Positions 36,060 to 49,000 of a stretch of DNA of 64,000 bases are shown piece after piece (the stretch's first letter is position 1; every line of letters starts with the position of its first letter). Origin of the DNA: Marsupella aquatica (taxonomy: Eukaryota; Plantae; Marchantiophyta); NCBI GenBank assembly GCA_973895155.1, contig OZ316892.1, positions 14,500,861-14,564,860 of the forward strand, read 5' to 3'. A program made the translations under genes and the position numbers. Under the pieces are notes generated by a model. It ran no database searches and was not told where the DNA came from. It saw nothing but the letters and a program-made list of their open reading frames with translations.

Positions 36060-38939
36060 CTAAGTTGTAGGGGTAGGGGTGACAGGAGGATCTCCCCGGA
36101 TCTCTTGGTATATCCCATTGCCAGCATTGGGCAAGTACCTGTGAAATTTCTCATCATCACCGTAAGAGTAAGCAGAACCACCATGACTAGTTCTGTCCGT
36201 CCCTGCCAGTTCTTCGTCCGGGGAGATTCTGAGCATGTTGAATCTGTTAAGGAGCCAGAAGACTGGAGACATGGTAGCGATCACCCATGCGGCAATTACC
36301 AGAATTTCGATAATTTGAGCCGCCAAAAGTCTCCCATCTCCTCCCATAAACAAGCCATGTCCACGGCCTTCCCCATAGGCCTCGAAGACATAGCTCTTCT
36401 TTGCAAATAGACCTGTACATATTTATTATGTTGTCAGTCCAAATTTTCACTTAAGACCCATTAAGAGAAAAACCCCACTGAGCAAGATTCAACTATTAAC
36501 TTTACTCCTAAGTAGCATCCCAGATTTCATTCAAGCTTTAGAAGCAATTATTCCCATCTCCATCCCAAGAATCTTGGATTATGAGGTTGCTCACGTATTT
36601 ACTTAAACAACTGAGCTCAGTTTGACGATGATTTAAAAAGGTATTAATTGTCTTGAAGGTCACGATTTGTTGAAGATAATATTAATTAGATAGATTAACA
36701 TTCATTTGTTGGTGGAGAATTGAGTGAAGGTATCTGCTATATGATGCGAATGGCATAGGTTTGTGCTGGTATGAATAAGACAAGTGTGCCCAAGTGAGTA
36801 AGTAGTAATTCAGCGCTGGCCCCACCGACTCTCGGAAAATCTGACAATTATGAAAATAGAATCAATCCCTTTACACAGCCCAACACACTTGCTTTAAGCC
36901 TCTAATCTGTAAATGAAATTAGGAAACATGATCCTCCAAAGTAACAAAACCAAGTAATACATCACAATCAAAATGAGTTTACACACTGTACTGTAACATA
37001 CCCACTACCTTTCAAGGCCAAGATACAACCGGAACACACCACACACTAAATTAATTAATTATCAAGCCAGAGTTTGCTACGAGCATAGACAATCCTAAGG
37101 ACCCTTCCCAGTTACATGGCAGAAGCTGCGTTGACAAGGACGTTTAGCCGTTGTGACATAACAAATGATATCTGGATTCGATTTTGAGACACGATCATCT
37201 CCAAACCAAATATTTACTGAGTTTGCTATGAGCTCTTAAAATACTCTTGACAAAAATCTCATCAGAGGTCACTTGAATAAATGAAACTTAATTGCCCGTA
37301 GGAACTCTGTACAACAGGACAATGGAAGATATCATCAACGATACCTGTGAAAAATAACCCCCAAGCACCGCATCCGCCGTGCAATTGAGCTGCTTCCAAA
37401 GGATCGTCGTATCGAATCTTCGTAGCAAGGAGATTCAAGCTCATGAGAACCAAACTAGCTCCGACGCCGCAGATGACTGCAGCCCATGGATCGACCACAG
37501 CACATCCCGATGTGATGGCCGCCAAACCTCCTAGGAGCCCGTTGCATACGTCAGTCACGTTCCAATGCCCTGATAAACATTCAAAGTCACGTACAACCGT
37601 CATGAGCATGCGCAAGTGGTCGGACAACATGTCCAAGACTCAATTTAAAAGTGAAGATAATCTGGAGACTATGCAAATGAGCTCTGTCGGGCCACTGACC
37701 TGTCTGTATTCTCCGGACGAAGAGCATAGTAAGCGCAGCAGAACAACCCGCAATAGTGGTAGTGACAGCAGTCCTCCCGATACCCGTCCAATTGCCCTCA
37801 AAGCCATTTCCATCATATGGGACGACAATGTGCACGTATGATCCAGGATTGAATCCAAACCATCCAAACCATAGTAGAAAGCTACCCAACACCACGAGGG
37901 AGGCATTGTGACCTCGCATGTCCAATCCTTTTCCAAGTACCACACCGAATTCTTATTTTTCAGTAAAATAAGGCACGACCTCCTCATTCCCATAGTCCAC
38001 TCGTACAAGTGATATAATTTGCAAGCTATTAGCAGTAACTTTAAAGTGGGCGATTAAATACTGTATAACAGAAAGACGCGTCTGATGGATCGATGATCAG
38101 CTACTAACAAGAGAGGCATTGCTCAGGAGTGTGTACAAACAAAGACAAGGTAGCCCGTGGACGTACAGCAAACTTCCAGCCCAATACCTTTACGTACCTT
38201 GCTGCCCATTCCAGTTGAATCTTCCAATCCTCGGGCCCTCAATCAAAGCTCCACAAAGCCCCGCGATTCCACCCACCATATGCACAACTCCACTCCCAGC
38301 GAAATCGATGGCGCCCACTCCAAAAAGTCTTGCGGCTGTGGCAGCTCCAATCCAGCCATCAATTGACCATACCCAGTGAGCCACAATTGGATACACAAAC
38401 CCAGTGAGAACCGTAGAGTATACTAAGTAGGCCACGAATTGGGTACGCTCAGCTATGGACCCAGCCGTGATTCCAGCAGCAGCAATGGCGAATGACCATT
38501 GGAACAGGAAAAAACTATAGTCAAACCCATTGTCGGAGTTGGGCATGTTCTGGAGGGCAAAGTAATTGCTTCCGATAAACGCGTTGTTGTTGGAAGACCG
38601 TCCAAAAGCAAATCCGAATCCGAAGAGATAAAACGAAACACCTCCTGATGCAGCGTCCAGGAGATTGGTCATCATGATGTTCATCGTATTCTTGGCACGT
38701 ACAGATCCGGCACAGAGCATGGCGAACCCAATCTGCATAGAGAAGACCAGGTACGCGGAGAAGAGCAAATACACATTATCAACTGCTAGTGTCAGAGTTG
38801 CAAGCGATGAGGAAATGGTATCAAGTTTTCTACATAATTCCAGCTGACTCGTTGAGGATGCCGAAGCTCCTCCCGAGGTGAGAAGTCCTGTGAGAAAGCC
38901 CAAATCCCCATCTACGCACCCTGTAGACGACGCCATCAT
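36060..38939 (-). CDS. AMT1: Ammonium transporter AMT1 family, paralogue B, 4 exons
   Basis: Exons 38939-38198, about 37927-37700, 37569-37345, 36412-36060; same three intron positions as paralogue A. Motifs [59 protein letters not shown]. Confidence 0.95.
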
Positions 38940-39270
38940 CTCCAATTACTTTCTTCACTTGCAGTACTCCCCAATTCGGAATTTGTCGCCTCTACAATTA
39001 ACTCCTCTAGTACATTCAAGGTGGTTTGGAAAAATATCGATCATTCGAATTCAAAGTCCAGGAATAGCTCGATCACGAAGAAGATCAGTAGTAACATTAG
39101 TCTTGCTTTGTTGTCTCTGATGTGTATGGATCTCTTTATGCTCACAATTCAACCATCCTCTTTGTCTCCAGTCCTCAGTCGGAGTGACAGGGATGGTGGA
39201 CTGTGAAGAATGGAATCTGCCGGCCACACCTCGGATTTGAATGTTTCACAGGAGGTGCGAGATTAGGCGC

Positions 39271-40750
39271 TGGATACTCACAGAAGCGACTATTGTGAGC
39301 TGGAATGGTGGGTCACGAAGACCCTTCTTGATTTCCCCCACTACCAATTTTAATAGTAAGTTCGTAAATATTTCTCATCCACACAGTTCTGCATGATTGG
39401 ATCCATCCGTGATATCCGCTTCCTCACCTCGCTAATTCAATCTTTCTCATAATTCTTCAAATTATAGTTCTCCTTCATCCATAAATTTCCCGGGAATTTT
39501 CCAGAATCTTACTAGGGCCTCAGACAGAATACCTAACTCTTCAAAGTCGATCAACGTCTTCGAATTGAAGGCTACAGAAGTGCACATGATGTCCCAATCT
39601 GGTCGTTTGATCTCATTCTCAATACAGACGAATAGAGTGGATTGTTGCCACTTTATTCTGCATGTATCGAAAGGCTAGGGAGTCTCCACAGACAGGGACG
39701 GGAAGAGATGTCAATCTACCGCCGTCGGTATGTGCACTCAAGTTCGAGAGAGCGAGCGTAGGCCAGAGTAGCCGTGTAGGCCGTGGATATTCACAGAAGC
39801 TCGACTAGAGTGAGCTGGAATGCTGGGTCAGGAAGACTCTTCCTGATTTTCCCCCCATCCTGCCTCCTACAGAAATCTACTACGAATTTATTAGTACACT
39901 AGTAAAATCTTCTCATTCACACTGCATTGCGAAATCCATCCGTGACATCCTGACTCTTCCTCACTTCGCTAACTAAAATTTTTCGTAATTCTTCAAATTA
40001 TAGTTCTTCGTGCATGACTTTCCAGATTCTTGTTGGTGTACTAGGCCCCTGACAGAACACCTACGTCTTGAGATCCGGGCCAACGCGTCATCAATCGAAA
40101 GCTATGGTAGAGCAAGAATTTGACTTTTCGTGATGGTGAGTTGATCTCAAATTCTAAATGCAGACGAATAGAAATGGTTTGTTGCCAACTTCCCACTTGC
40201 CACTTTACACTGCATGGAAAGGTTAGGGAATCTTGACAGATAAGGGCGGGCAGCTTTAAGGAGATTTCATTCTACCGCCGCCAGTGTGAGGCACACAAGT
40301 TCGAGAGGAGCGAACGTAGGAACTGGATATTCACAGAAGGTAGACTGTGTGAGCTGGAATGATGGGTCAGGATGACCCTCCTTGATTTTCCCCCATTCCT
40401 GCTCTCATACAGAAATCTACTGCGAGTTTTATCAGCACGTCGATTGTAAATTTTCTCATCCACACAGTTCTGTATTACGAAAACCATCCGTGACATCCGC
40501 TTCCTTACCTGATCGCTTTGTCAATCATTTCCGTAATTTTACAATTTATAGTTATTTTTCATCCACAATCATCCAGAATCTTTTTGATGTACTAGGGGCC
40601 CCAGGAAGCAGAAAACCTAGCTCTTGAGTGTCAGCGTTTGAAACTCAAAATCTCAATCCAGACGAATAGAAATGCTTTGTTGCCACTTTACACTGCATGG
40701 AAAGGTTAGGGAGTGTGCACGGACAAAGAGGGGCAGCTTTAGACCGCCAC
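39271..40750. repeat. Three diverged tandem copies of a 513-540 bp module upstream of AMT1 paralogue B
   Basis: tggata.tcacagaag...gtgagctggaatg.tgggtca.ga.gac.ct.c.tgattt.cccc at 39271, 39784, 40324; each unit also has ccatccgtga.atcc, cagacgaataga and ttgttgcca...ctgcatg...aaagg.taggga. Confidence 0.9.
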
Positions 40751-41874
40751 TGGTCATATAAGGGCCAGAAAAGCCAAAGTTGGATCCCCAGCCAGAGCAT
40801 CGTCAGTAGCCCTGCCTCGCGAGTGTGAAGGTACTCTGTAGTTGGCCCGAAAAGCTATCGAATCTCCCTGCCTAGCCTTGACTTCTGTCAAAGAACTCTA
40901 AATCTACTTAGAAAATTTTCACTTAATCTGAGATCTCACATTCATTCCAGCAAAGATCCTTTTTATTTTCGAAAGTGGACACAAAGAGAAGGCACCATTC
41001 CAGCACGGATCTTTGAGATCTCACAATCATTGCAGCGTCGACTCACATGCATAATTAATATGCACCTCTGCAAACGAAAGCTGCCTGGTTTCTGTATTAT
41101 TGCTGGGTCATCTAATAGCAAACTTGTAACAGCAACTTAGCATGCCTGTAGCTTACGGTCACAAATATGGAGCAAACAGTCGTTCCAGCAAAGAATTGTA
41201 GGATCTCCAAAATTCAGATCTCACAATCGTTCCAGCAAAGAATTGTACGATGTCCAATGTTCAATCTAGTCTGTCACTAAGCAAACAACGATCTCTTGCT
41301 GGGCTGCTGCGCCCAGGACACAGCCTGATAATATAATACGTACTACAGCAACGTGGGTGTGGGGCAGATCTCTTCACCCCCCCCAAACTGGATAGCTCCA
41401 TGCACACGTTTAGGATTGCAAAAATGCGGCGACCATCAGTAGCAGACTTGGTGTTCTCCTGTTAGGGATTTCCTAATTCATTTGTAGTGAAGCTGCTCGA
41501 CCTGGACCTGTAACTGGAATTCTCAGTCGGATCGGCGACAGCAGTGGCATATCTGAGATGATGATGGTCTATCCGAGCTTGTTTCTGCAGCGGAAGATCT
41601 TAGAAGAAGATCAATCCGCAACTCTAAATTGGACAGAATCCAAGAAGGGCGGAACAAATCGGAGTCAAAGACTGAAGACAAGCCCAAGGAGGACAAGAAG
41701 AAACAACTGGAGTCACAGCCAAAGGCAGAGCAGGAGACGAAAGAGTGGAAGCCCGAGGAGAAGGTTCAGAAAAAATGGGATTCACAAATTCAAAAAATAG
41801 GATGCCAAACCTGAAAGGCTCGATCCAACATGTGCAATGCAAATCTCCCTGACCAGAAATTATACTTGCCTTAG

Positions 41875-42790
41875 CACGGAAGGATCATGCTCTGTCATCA
41901 CCCACGCTCTCCTTACATTCGTCTATGCTCACTTACGTTGACCAATGGACCCTTATCTGCTGACCACAAGTCATTACAATATTAGCAGGGCAGGATCGTG
42001 TTCGATCTCCACCGATGCTTTAGCCCCATGCTCACTTACATTCACCAATGCCCTCCTTACATTTGCAAACCACGAGATTTGATAAGCTTTTGGAGGGTAG
42101 GATCGTGCTCTGCTTCACCCACCCCGCTCCTTACACTGGCCCCATGCACACCTACATTCTCCAATGTCCTCCTTACATTTGCAACCCACGAGATTTGATA
42201 TCTTTAGCAGGGCAGGATCGGGCTCTTTTCCACCCACCCCTCTCCTTCCTTACACTAGCCCCATGCTCATTTACATTTGCAACCCACAAGATTTGATATC
42301 TTTAGCAGGGCAGGATCGGACTCTTTTTCACCCACCCCTCTCCTTACACCAGCCCCATGCTCACTTACATACACCTATGGTCTGCTTACATTTGCACTAC
42401 AAGTAGTGTATCCTTAGCAGGGCAGGATCGTGCCTTTTTCCACCCACTCTCTCCTTACACTAGCCTCGTGCTCATTTACATCCACCTATGATTTGCTTAT
42501 ATTTGCACTACAAGTATTATATCATTTGCAGTGCAGGATCGGGCTCTTTTTCACCCACCCCTCTCTTTACACTAGCCCGTGCTCAATTACATACACCTTT
42601 GGTCTGCTTACATTTGCACTAGAAGTAGTATATCCTTAGCAGGGCAGGATCGTGCCTTTTTCCACCCACTGCTCATGTACATCCACCTATGGTTTGCTTA
42701 TATTTGCACTACAAGTACTATATCATTTGCAGTGCAGGATCGGGACTCTTTTCACTCACTCTCTCCTTACATGCTCACCTACATTGCCAT
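41875..42790. repeat. Tandem array of 8-9 degenerate 90-115 bp units
   Basis: gcag(g/t)gcaggatcg or a close variant at about 41985, 42093, 42207, 42305, 42417, 42528, 42639, 42729, each followed by ttttccacccac.ctctccttacactagccc.tgctca.ttaca-like sequence. Confidence 0.9.
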
Positions 42791-44474
42791 ATCACCAATA
42801 GTCTCCTTAAATTTGTGGACCTCCAATTATTATTCAATATGATCCTTCCCTTTTCACCCATGCTTATTACTATCATCAATGATTTCCTTACATTTGCCCA
42901 TGCTGAAAGGACTCTTGCTTTCTGTCGTTAACTTTATAAATTGAAGCATCCTTCCCAAAATATAGTTTGAAAGGTGGAGAGTAACCTTTTGTTCAATTTC
43001 AGCACAACATCTATTGTGCACTTGAGGTAGACAAAGGAGGCCTAATTTACAGAGTCTTGCTACATTGCTAGGTTGGCAGAGTAAGACAAATGATTTGTTG
43101 ACCACATAGGAATGACCCCCGGAATGACTATCACACACCTGGAGGTAGCATTGTTGTATTCTTACAAATGTTCAGAAGCATCGGTGGTGCTATGGTCACA
43201 ACAACATTTGAATGAAACACATTCAGAATTTCCTTGCCCACTTGTATTTTTGTTTGACCTCAATATTTTCTGTGCAGTGCATGGATGGATATTGGGTTAG
43301 TATGTGTATACATAAATTATGTCCTTTATGTGGTTACTAGAAGTACATAAAATTCATCAAAGACGTGGGGGAAACTAAAGTCCATGTATTTGTAGTTTGT
43401 TAAATGTGTGCATGCATGCTATGTTTAAGCAAACAACAGTTTTTAAGTACATTGTCATGAAAAATGTTTTACTTACAACAGTGCCATTTTTAATATTTAT
43501 TTATAAATATGCCACAGTTTTCGTATATGGTTCCTGTGGTTATGTTGGTGAACTTGTAGTCCATATATGAAAGTGACATATTTATAGATAAACTAAATGT
43601 GATAACATTGTCAATCAGAACAATTTTAGTGGAATTTTAGTAGGGACATTTTCAGGCATATTTGTGAGTAAAAACAACTTTGACAAAATTGTAGATTAAA
43701 ACATTTTAGTGGCAAAGTACAAACAAAAAATGGACATGGGCAGCATTGTTTTTAGTGGCGAAAATTAGCCAAATTCCACCTCCCCAAAAATCTTTGGCCA
43801 CTTTTGGTGAAAATTGACTTCTATTTCTCTGTCTCATTAGCGAGTGTTCCACCTAATCACAGGCCCCATTAGCCAGAATCTAACGGTCAGCCTTAAATCC
43901 AGGGAGATCTGACCAGCCTTAAATCCAGGGATATCTGACGGTGACGGTGAGTAAATTAATTGAATAAGGAATCTTTTGAGCATCTTCTCCTTCGCACATC
44001 ATACATTCGCCACCCTGGCGAAAAATTAAAATCCTTAAAAAATACGCTGGACACGGGAGTGCACGAACATATGACATTCATGTTTGGAAACTTCCTTCCA
44101 CTATAAACCTCCTCTTCCAAACCAATCAAACCTCAACCAGGCCTCGTGTATGTGTCGTTAACTTCGCTCGGCTCTGTTACTGTCAGCACCCCTAATAACT
44201 TCCGCTTCCAACTTCTGAGTGGGAATCTCCAACTGCGAGTCAGATGGGTCTCTCTCCAATTCCAGCTTAGCAGCTTGGATTCGAGGAGCTTGGACTGCTA
44301 GAAGATGCCTGCTTCTTTTCGCTTCTTTCAAGCTTCACTTGCGACTGAGTTTTGCGGCGTTTCCGTGGAACAGGAAATACGTCGAATTCGCTGGCGATTC
44401 TCCTTGCGGTTGTGACATTCCTTGGTTCCATCACGCCCCGGCCTTTTCCTGCAGAAGTCGATTGATGAGGATTC

Positions 44475-44697
44475 TAGGGTTTAACCGGAAAGGTGAGTGA
44501 CTGTTTTCAGGATTTTTATAGAGAGGGAGCTGAAGAGAAAGGAGGAGATGGTGAAGCAGGAGTGCTTGAAGTGACGCAGCGAGCTTATCAGTAAGTTCCG
44601 AAGGGACCAAACGAGCTGGTTTACGATTTTTCCGTTCCCTCTGTTTGTTGCTGCTCAATTCTTTCAAACGTGTGTGGTGAGGAGTCAGTTTCTTCAG
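44475..44697 (+). promoter_or_regulatory. Telo-box (TAGGGTTT, 44475-44482) and probable 5' UTR intron (44493-44697) of SWC2
   Basis: AAG|GTGAGT donor at 44493 and tttcttcag acceptor ending 44697, 2 nt before the ATG; CTATAAA at 44101-44107 further upstream. Confidence 0.55.
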
Positions 44698-44699
44698 CG

Positions 44700-46094
44700 A
44701 TGAGTACCGATGCATTGGACCGTGCTTCCCGTGCCTCGCGCGGGAAGAGGATGTCAAAATTGGTCGACGAGGAGGTAGACGCGGATGATGAATTCTGGAA
44801 CCAGGATGCGTTCAAGGACGCCGTCGAGGATAATGAGTATGCCGAAGAAGAAGAGGAGGCTGATGTTTTCGACAGCGATTTTGACGAGGCTGAGCCTGAC
44901 GATGAAGAGCAAGAGCAGGAGGACGACGAGAGGCGGCCGACCAAGAAGAGGAAGTTACCTCCAGGGAGCAAACATGAGAAGAGAAGGGAAGAGAAGAAGA
45001 AGAAAAAGGAGAAGAAAAAGGAGAAAAAAGAGAAAAAGGATAAGAAGGAGAAGGAGGCAAGTAACAAATCTTCTTCCTTGGAAAAGGAGAATTTGTCTCT
45101 CGCAATGCATACTCCTGTTGGGGACACGGCCCAAGCTGCTCCTAGTCTACCTAATGTGTCACAGATAATTGAGTTCCAAGAAAATGGGGAAACCATACAG
45201 GATGTAGATGGAGAACCAGTAAGTATAAGAAAATCTACCAGGACGGCTGTTATCATCAAGCAGGCTGAACGAGAGGCACATCAAGCAGCTCTGCAAGCTC
45301 TCTCCAGGCCTATCAAAAAGAAGAAGGAAGAGGAGCGCAAGATAAGCCAAGAAGAGATGCTTCTGGAAGCTGCCCAAACAGAAATCCAGAATGTGCAAGC
45401 TCTGGAGGTAATGCTGGCCCGTGAGGAGGAAGTGAAACGTAAAGCAGTTATTCAAAAAGCATTCTATGCAGGCCCACAGATACGGTTTCACTCAAGAGAT
45501 GGGAAGAACATACTGGAGTTTACTAAAGTCCATGATTTCCCAGAAATGCTCAATTCAAGTCCACTGCCATATCCTAAAAAAGCTATTTGCGTTATCACAG
45601 GCTTACCTGCCAAGTATCGTGATCCTAAGACAGGGCTGGCTTATGCAACAAAGGAGGCTTTTAGGGCTATCCGTGAGAAATTTAACAAGCGAGAGCCCCA
45701 TCGTAGAAAAGATCCCTTAGAAGCATCTCATCAACGAAAGAGGACAAAGGTGGACAGAGAAAGATCGGGAACTGGAGGGCACAGAACTGTCACAAAACTG
45801 AAGTACAAGAAGGTTATCAGCATGATTGCCGGTGGTGATGATGTCAAGCCGGTAGAACCTGAAGTGCAGAATACGGAACTGTCCATGGAGCCAGAGCTAG
45901 AGGACCCTGTCGATCTGAACTTCAGTTCTGGGGTGATTGCAGCGAAGAATAATATTGACAGTTTACAAATTTCTAGTAACCTGATGACGCATGACCTTTC
46001 GTTGTTAGACATGCCCGAGGCATTCGTAGAAACCAATGAAGCGGATTTCATGCTGGATGACCTTGAGGTTGGCAACCCATCTACTCTGGAGTAA
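44700..46094 (+). CDS. SWC2: SWR1 complex subunit 2 (YL1/Vps72 family, H2A.Z chaperone), single coding exon
   Basis: LDRASRASRGKRMSKLVDEE...DDEFWNQDAF...ADVFDSDFDE (YL1 N-terminus), IRKSTRTAVI, SQEEMLLEAAQTEIQN, and YL1_C motif CVITGLPAKYRDPKTGLAYATKEAFRAIRE. Confidence 0.95.
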   Translation: MSTDALDRASRASRGKRMSKLVDEEVDADDEFWNQDAFKDAVEDNEYAEEEEEADVFDSDFDEAEPDDEEQEQEDDERRPTKKRKLPPGSKHEKRREEKKKKKEKKKEKKEKKDKKEKEASNKSSSLEKENLSLAMHTPVGDTAQAAPSLPNVSQIIEFQENGETIQDVDGEPVSIRKSTRTAVIIKQAEREAHQAALQALSRPIKKKKEEERKISQEEMLLEAAQTEIQNVQALEVMLAREEEVKRKAVIQKAFYAGPQIRFHSRDGKNILEFTKVHDFPEMLNSSPLPYPKKAICVITGLPAKYRDPKTGLAYATKEAFRAIREKFNKREPHRRKDPLEASHQRKRTKVDRERSGTGGHRTVTKLKYKKVISMIAGGDDVKPVEPEVQNTELSMEPELEDPVDLNFSSGVIAAKNNIDSLQISSNLMTHDLSLLDMPEAFVETNEADFMLDDLEVGNPSTLE

Positions 46095-49000
46095 GATTTA
46101 TTGCATCCAACATCTATGGCTAAATCTTAAATCCAACTCACTCATCATGGTGGAAGTGATCAGGCCAGCAACCAACTGAAACACAGAGGGTTTGTTACAA
46201 GTTGTCACATACTCGGAGTCATTTCTTCTGCCCGTGTGTCAGTTTTCTGGTTTGGACGGCGAGGGGTCATCTGGGATTGTAAGTGTTCTTTCTCTCTAAG
46301 TTGTACATCTGAACCAAGATTGGTGACAGTGGTCAGGATGTGGCTTAGGAAAGCCCCTTGCTCTTCTTACCAATGTCTCTCGCATTGCATAGCTCATAGA
46401 GTTCTTGCAGACGCTTTCAGCGAGGAATATTGGAGTTTCTGCCTCTAAGGCTAATGTTCTGCAATTCTTCCTGAGTATCTAGCCATTGGTATATTTCTTC
46501 TCGATTTCTCTTCAACGAGGTTAGCATTGATTTCCAAATCACAAACCGGTAGGAGTCAACTGACTCGAAATCGAATTCATTCAAAAGCTTCAGGAGTGAG
46601 AGCATGCTGGCATTGGTTAGCTTTGTGGCAGTACTAAAATGCAATGCACATCTGATATGTAGGGAATGGCTGGAGGAATTGTTCACTATGCACAACGGAC
46701 CACCCGTATGCAATAGAGATTTGCATATGGGTCATGCAATGAACAAAATACTGACAACGTGCTCAGCAAGACCAGGTTAACACATCACTCTAGACTCGTT
46801 TCCAGAATTTGGACTAGTTAGTGACCACAATTCCTAGTCTACATCGTTCAACGACTACTCTCTAGGTATCATGGAAAGCTCACCGCGTTTAGGACCCTGA
46901 ATTAACTTCATGTTCCAGCTAGGTAAGAGTGTAGTCCCACCTAAGTAGAACTAGCTTTTAAATCCAGGGCCTGGACGCCGTCAGCTAAAGATGGTAGCAA
47001 CATAGGTACCTGCAAGCGTTCGGCGTTGATTCAGCAACTTAGGTACAGTAGTTACATGTATAATGTTAAAATAATCTGGGGAAAGAAGTTGATGTCGGTT
47101 GCCACTTGTAAGAGCACGGCCATGTCACGATCGCCAGTACTTACAAAGACATGCAGCCCCTTTTTTGGCAAGGGATTAGCATTTACAGTTCGTCTAAAAA
47201 TTTGATGAACGGCGGATTTTTGTATGAAGAGGTGCTTCATTTTTTGTACATATATATCATATGTTTTGCGTGCAGGAAATCGTGTTTGAGGCGACATGGT
47301 TATGCTATCTGCATTCATTTGCATTTCGAATGAAGTCGGAAATCAGCAATCGTGGGCAAATAGACTTATCCTCAATTTGCCAGAAGATTTCTTTCACTAT
47401 TGGAGGCAGGGTGTTGTTTAGATGTCGATTGAGTGTAAACTCAAGGTTGCTTGAGGAAAAGTTTAAAGTTACGCGTAGCTCCGGCACTAACTGTTCCTAG
47501 CTTGCTCCCCCAACTTTGAAGAAGCATGCCCGATTCTTAACCTTCTCTTCAGTAAACTCCAGTGTCAAAGTTCGAATTTAGGGCAATTGACTAGTGTAAG
47601 GACCAGTTTGGTTGATAACGCTTGGATATGGATTTCAAAATTTGTGATGGATCATACGTTGAGCGATGAGACTAGCGACTCCATCGGCAAAAATTTTGGC
47701 ATAGATGCACGACGATTAAGCTGCCAAACAAGAGAAATGTGGATCTACTGCTGCGCTTATAGGTGCATTAATCTGGGTTTTGTTGGTGTTGTGTTCTTTC
47801 ACTCAAAGTTCTCGTACTGAAAGTGAATCTTGTGTTGTAAAAGTTGGCAAATACGAACTTTCAGTACAGTGAGTTTTGTGCAACCTAGTTTCTGCATTTG
47901 CGTTGTCATACATAGTACGAAGCATATCCCCAATTCCCGCTAAGAATGATGGCGAATGTTTCATAGGTTGCAATACTGTCGTGCATGTTTTCTCAAAGTG
48001 TCATCAAATGATCGTTCAGAACCATTTCTTCATTTCAACGGAATTATGAAACAGGCCGGATGACATCTGAAAACTTGCATAAGTTTCCGAGCCCAGAATC
48101 AGTTTGCTCGACAGGTGCATCTGAATGATTCCATGCTTACGTTTCGGGAAGATTGTACGTACGGTAAATTGTCAGCTGAAAAGGTAATGTCCGCGCACCA
48201 GACATTTAGACTACCACCGTGAGCTGAGCAAAGCAATCCAGGTTTTACTGTCTGGTAGTCGACATCCAAGCTGACCTTTGGGACTACCTTGTCCTTCCTC
48301 CTAGCTCGGCTGATGGTGCTCCTCTGGTTACCGCGTCAAGTTGGATTTGCAGAGTTACCACTTCGTCATATTGTAAGCGCTATCTATACTTACCGTTCCT
48401 TGATGTCCACGTTCTTGGATCAATAGAGAGGGTTACGGGAAAGAGTAGCTTGGGAGGCCAAAAGATTGAAATTCCTAACGAAACGACAGTTTTGATTTCG
48501 AGACACAACCAGGAACGTGGCTTGAGTCAGCTTCGGCCACATCAGCCGCACAAAATGCTCCTGACTAATGATCTAAACACCGGACAAGAGGCTTCCAAAG
48601 ATTGGTGGTTTAGATAGTAACAAGATATATTCATACAGGCAAATTCTCATCGCTGTCACACCATCATTGTCAATGCCGAAACATCGAGGCCCCTGGAACA
48701 GTACAGAAGCACTGCTCTACCGGAAATAACTGTGAATCACATGACAAAACATTATTTCCTGAAAATCACAGCCAGGATGTGCCAATGACGATTATTTACT
48801 GAAAATCACATTGTGAATTTTTACAAAATGTCTAATGTCGCCCCAATTCCCCTGTGAGGGGTTGATGGTGGTAAGCTCTGCTAAATTAAAAGAATCCGAG
48901 CTAGAACTGGTAGAAGCTTATCGAACAATATTGTCTAAATGGCTTCCTCCTATCCCGCAATTTACCTGGACTACATTCGTCAAGATCCATGACTCTGGGG

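Noticed and set aside
41875-42790. CRISPR-like array or repeat-encoded protein (LAGQDR units)
   Set aside because: Inter-motif segments are homologous to each other rather than unique spacers, unit lengths break frame, no cas genes, eukaryotic context.
44621-45259. 212-aa antisense ORF rich in Phe/Ser
   Set aside because: Shadow of the Lys/Glu-rich SWC2 coding strand.
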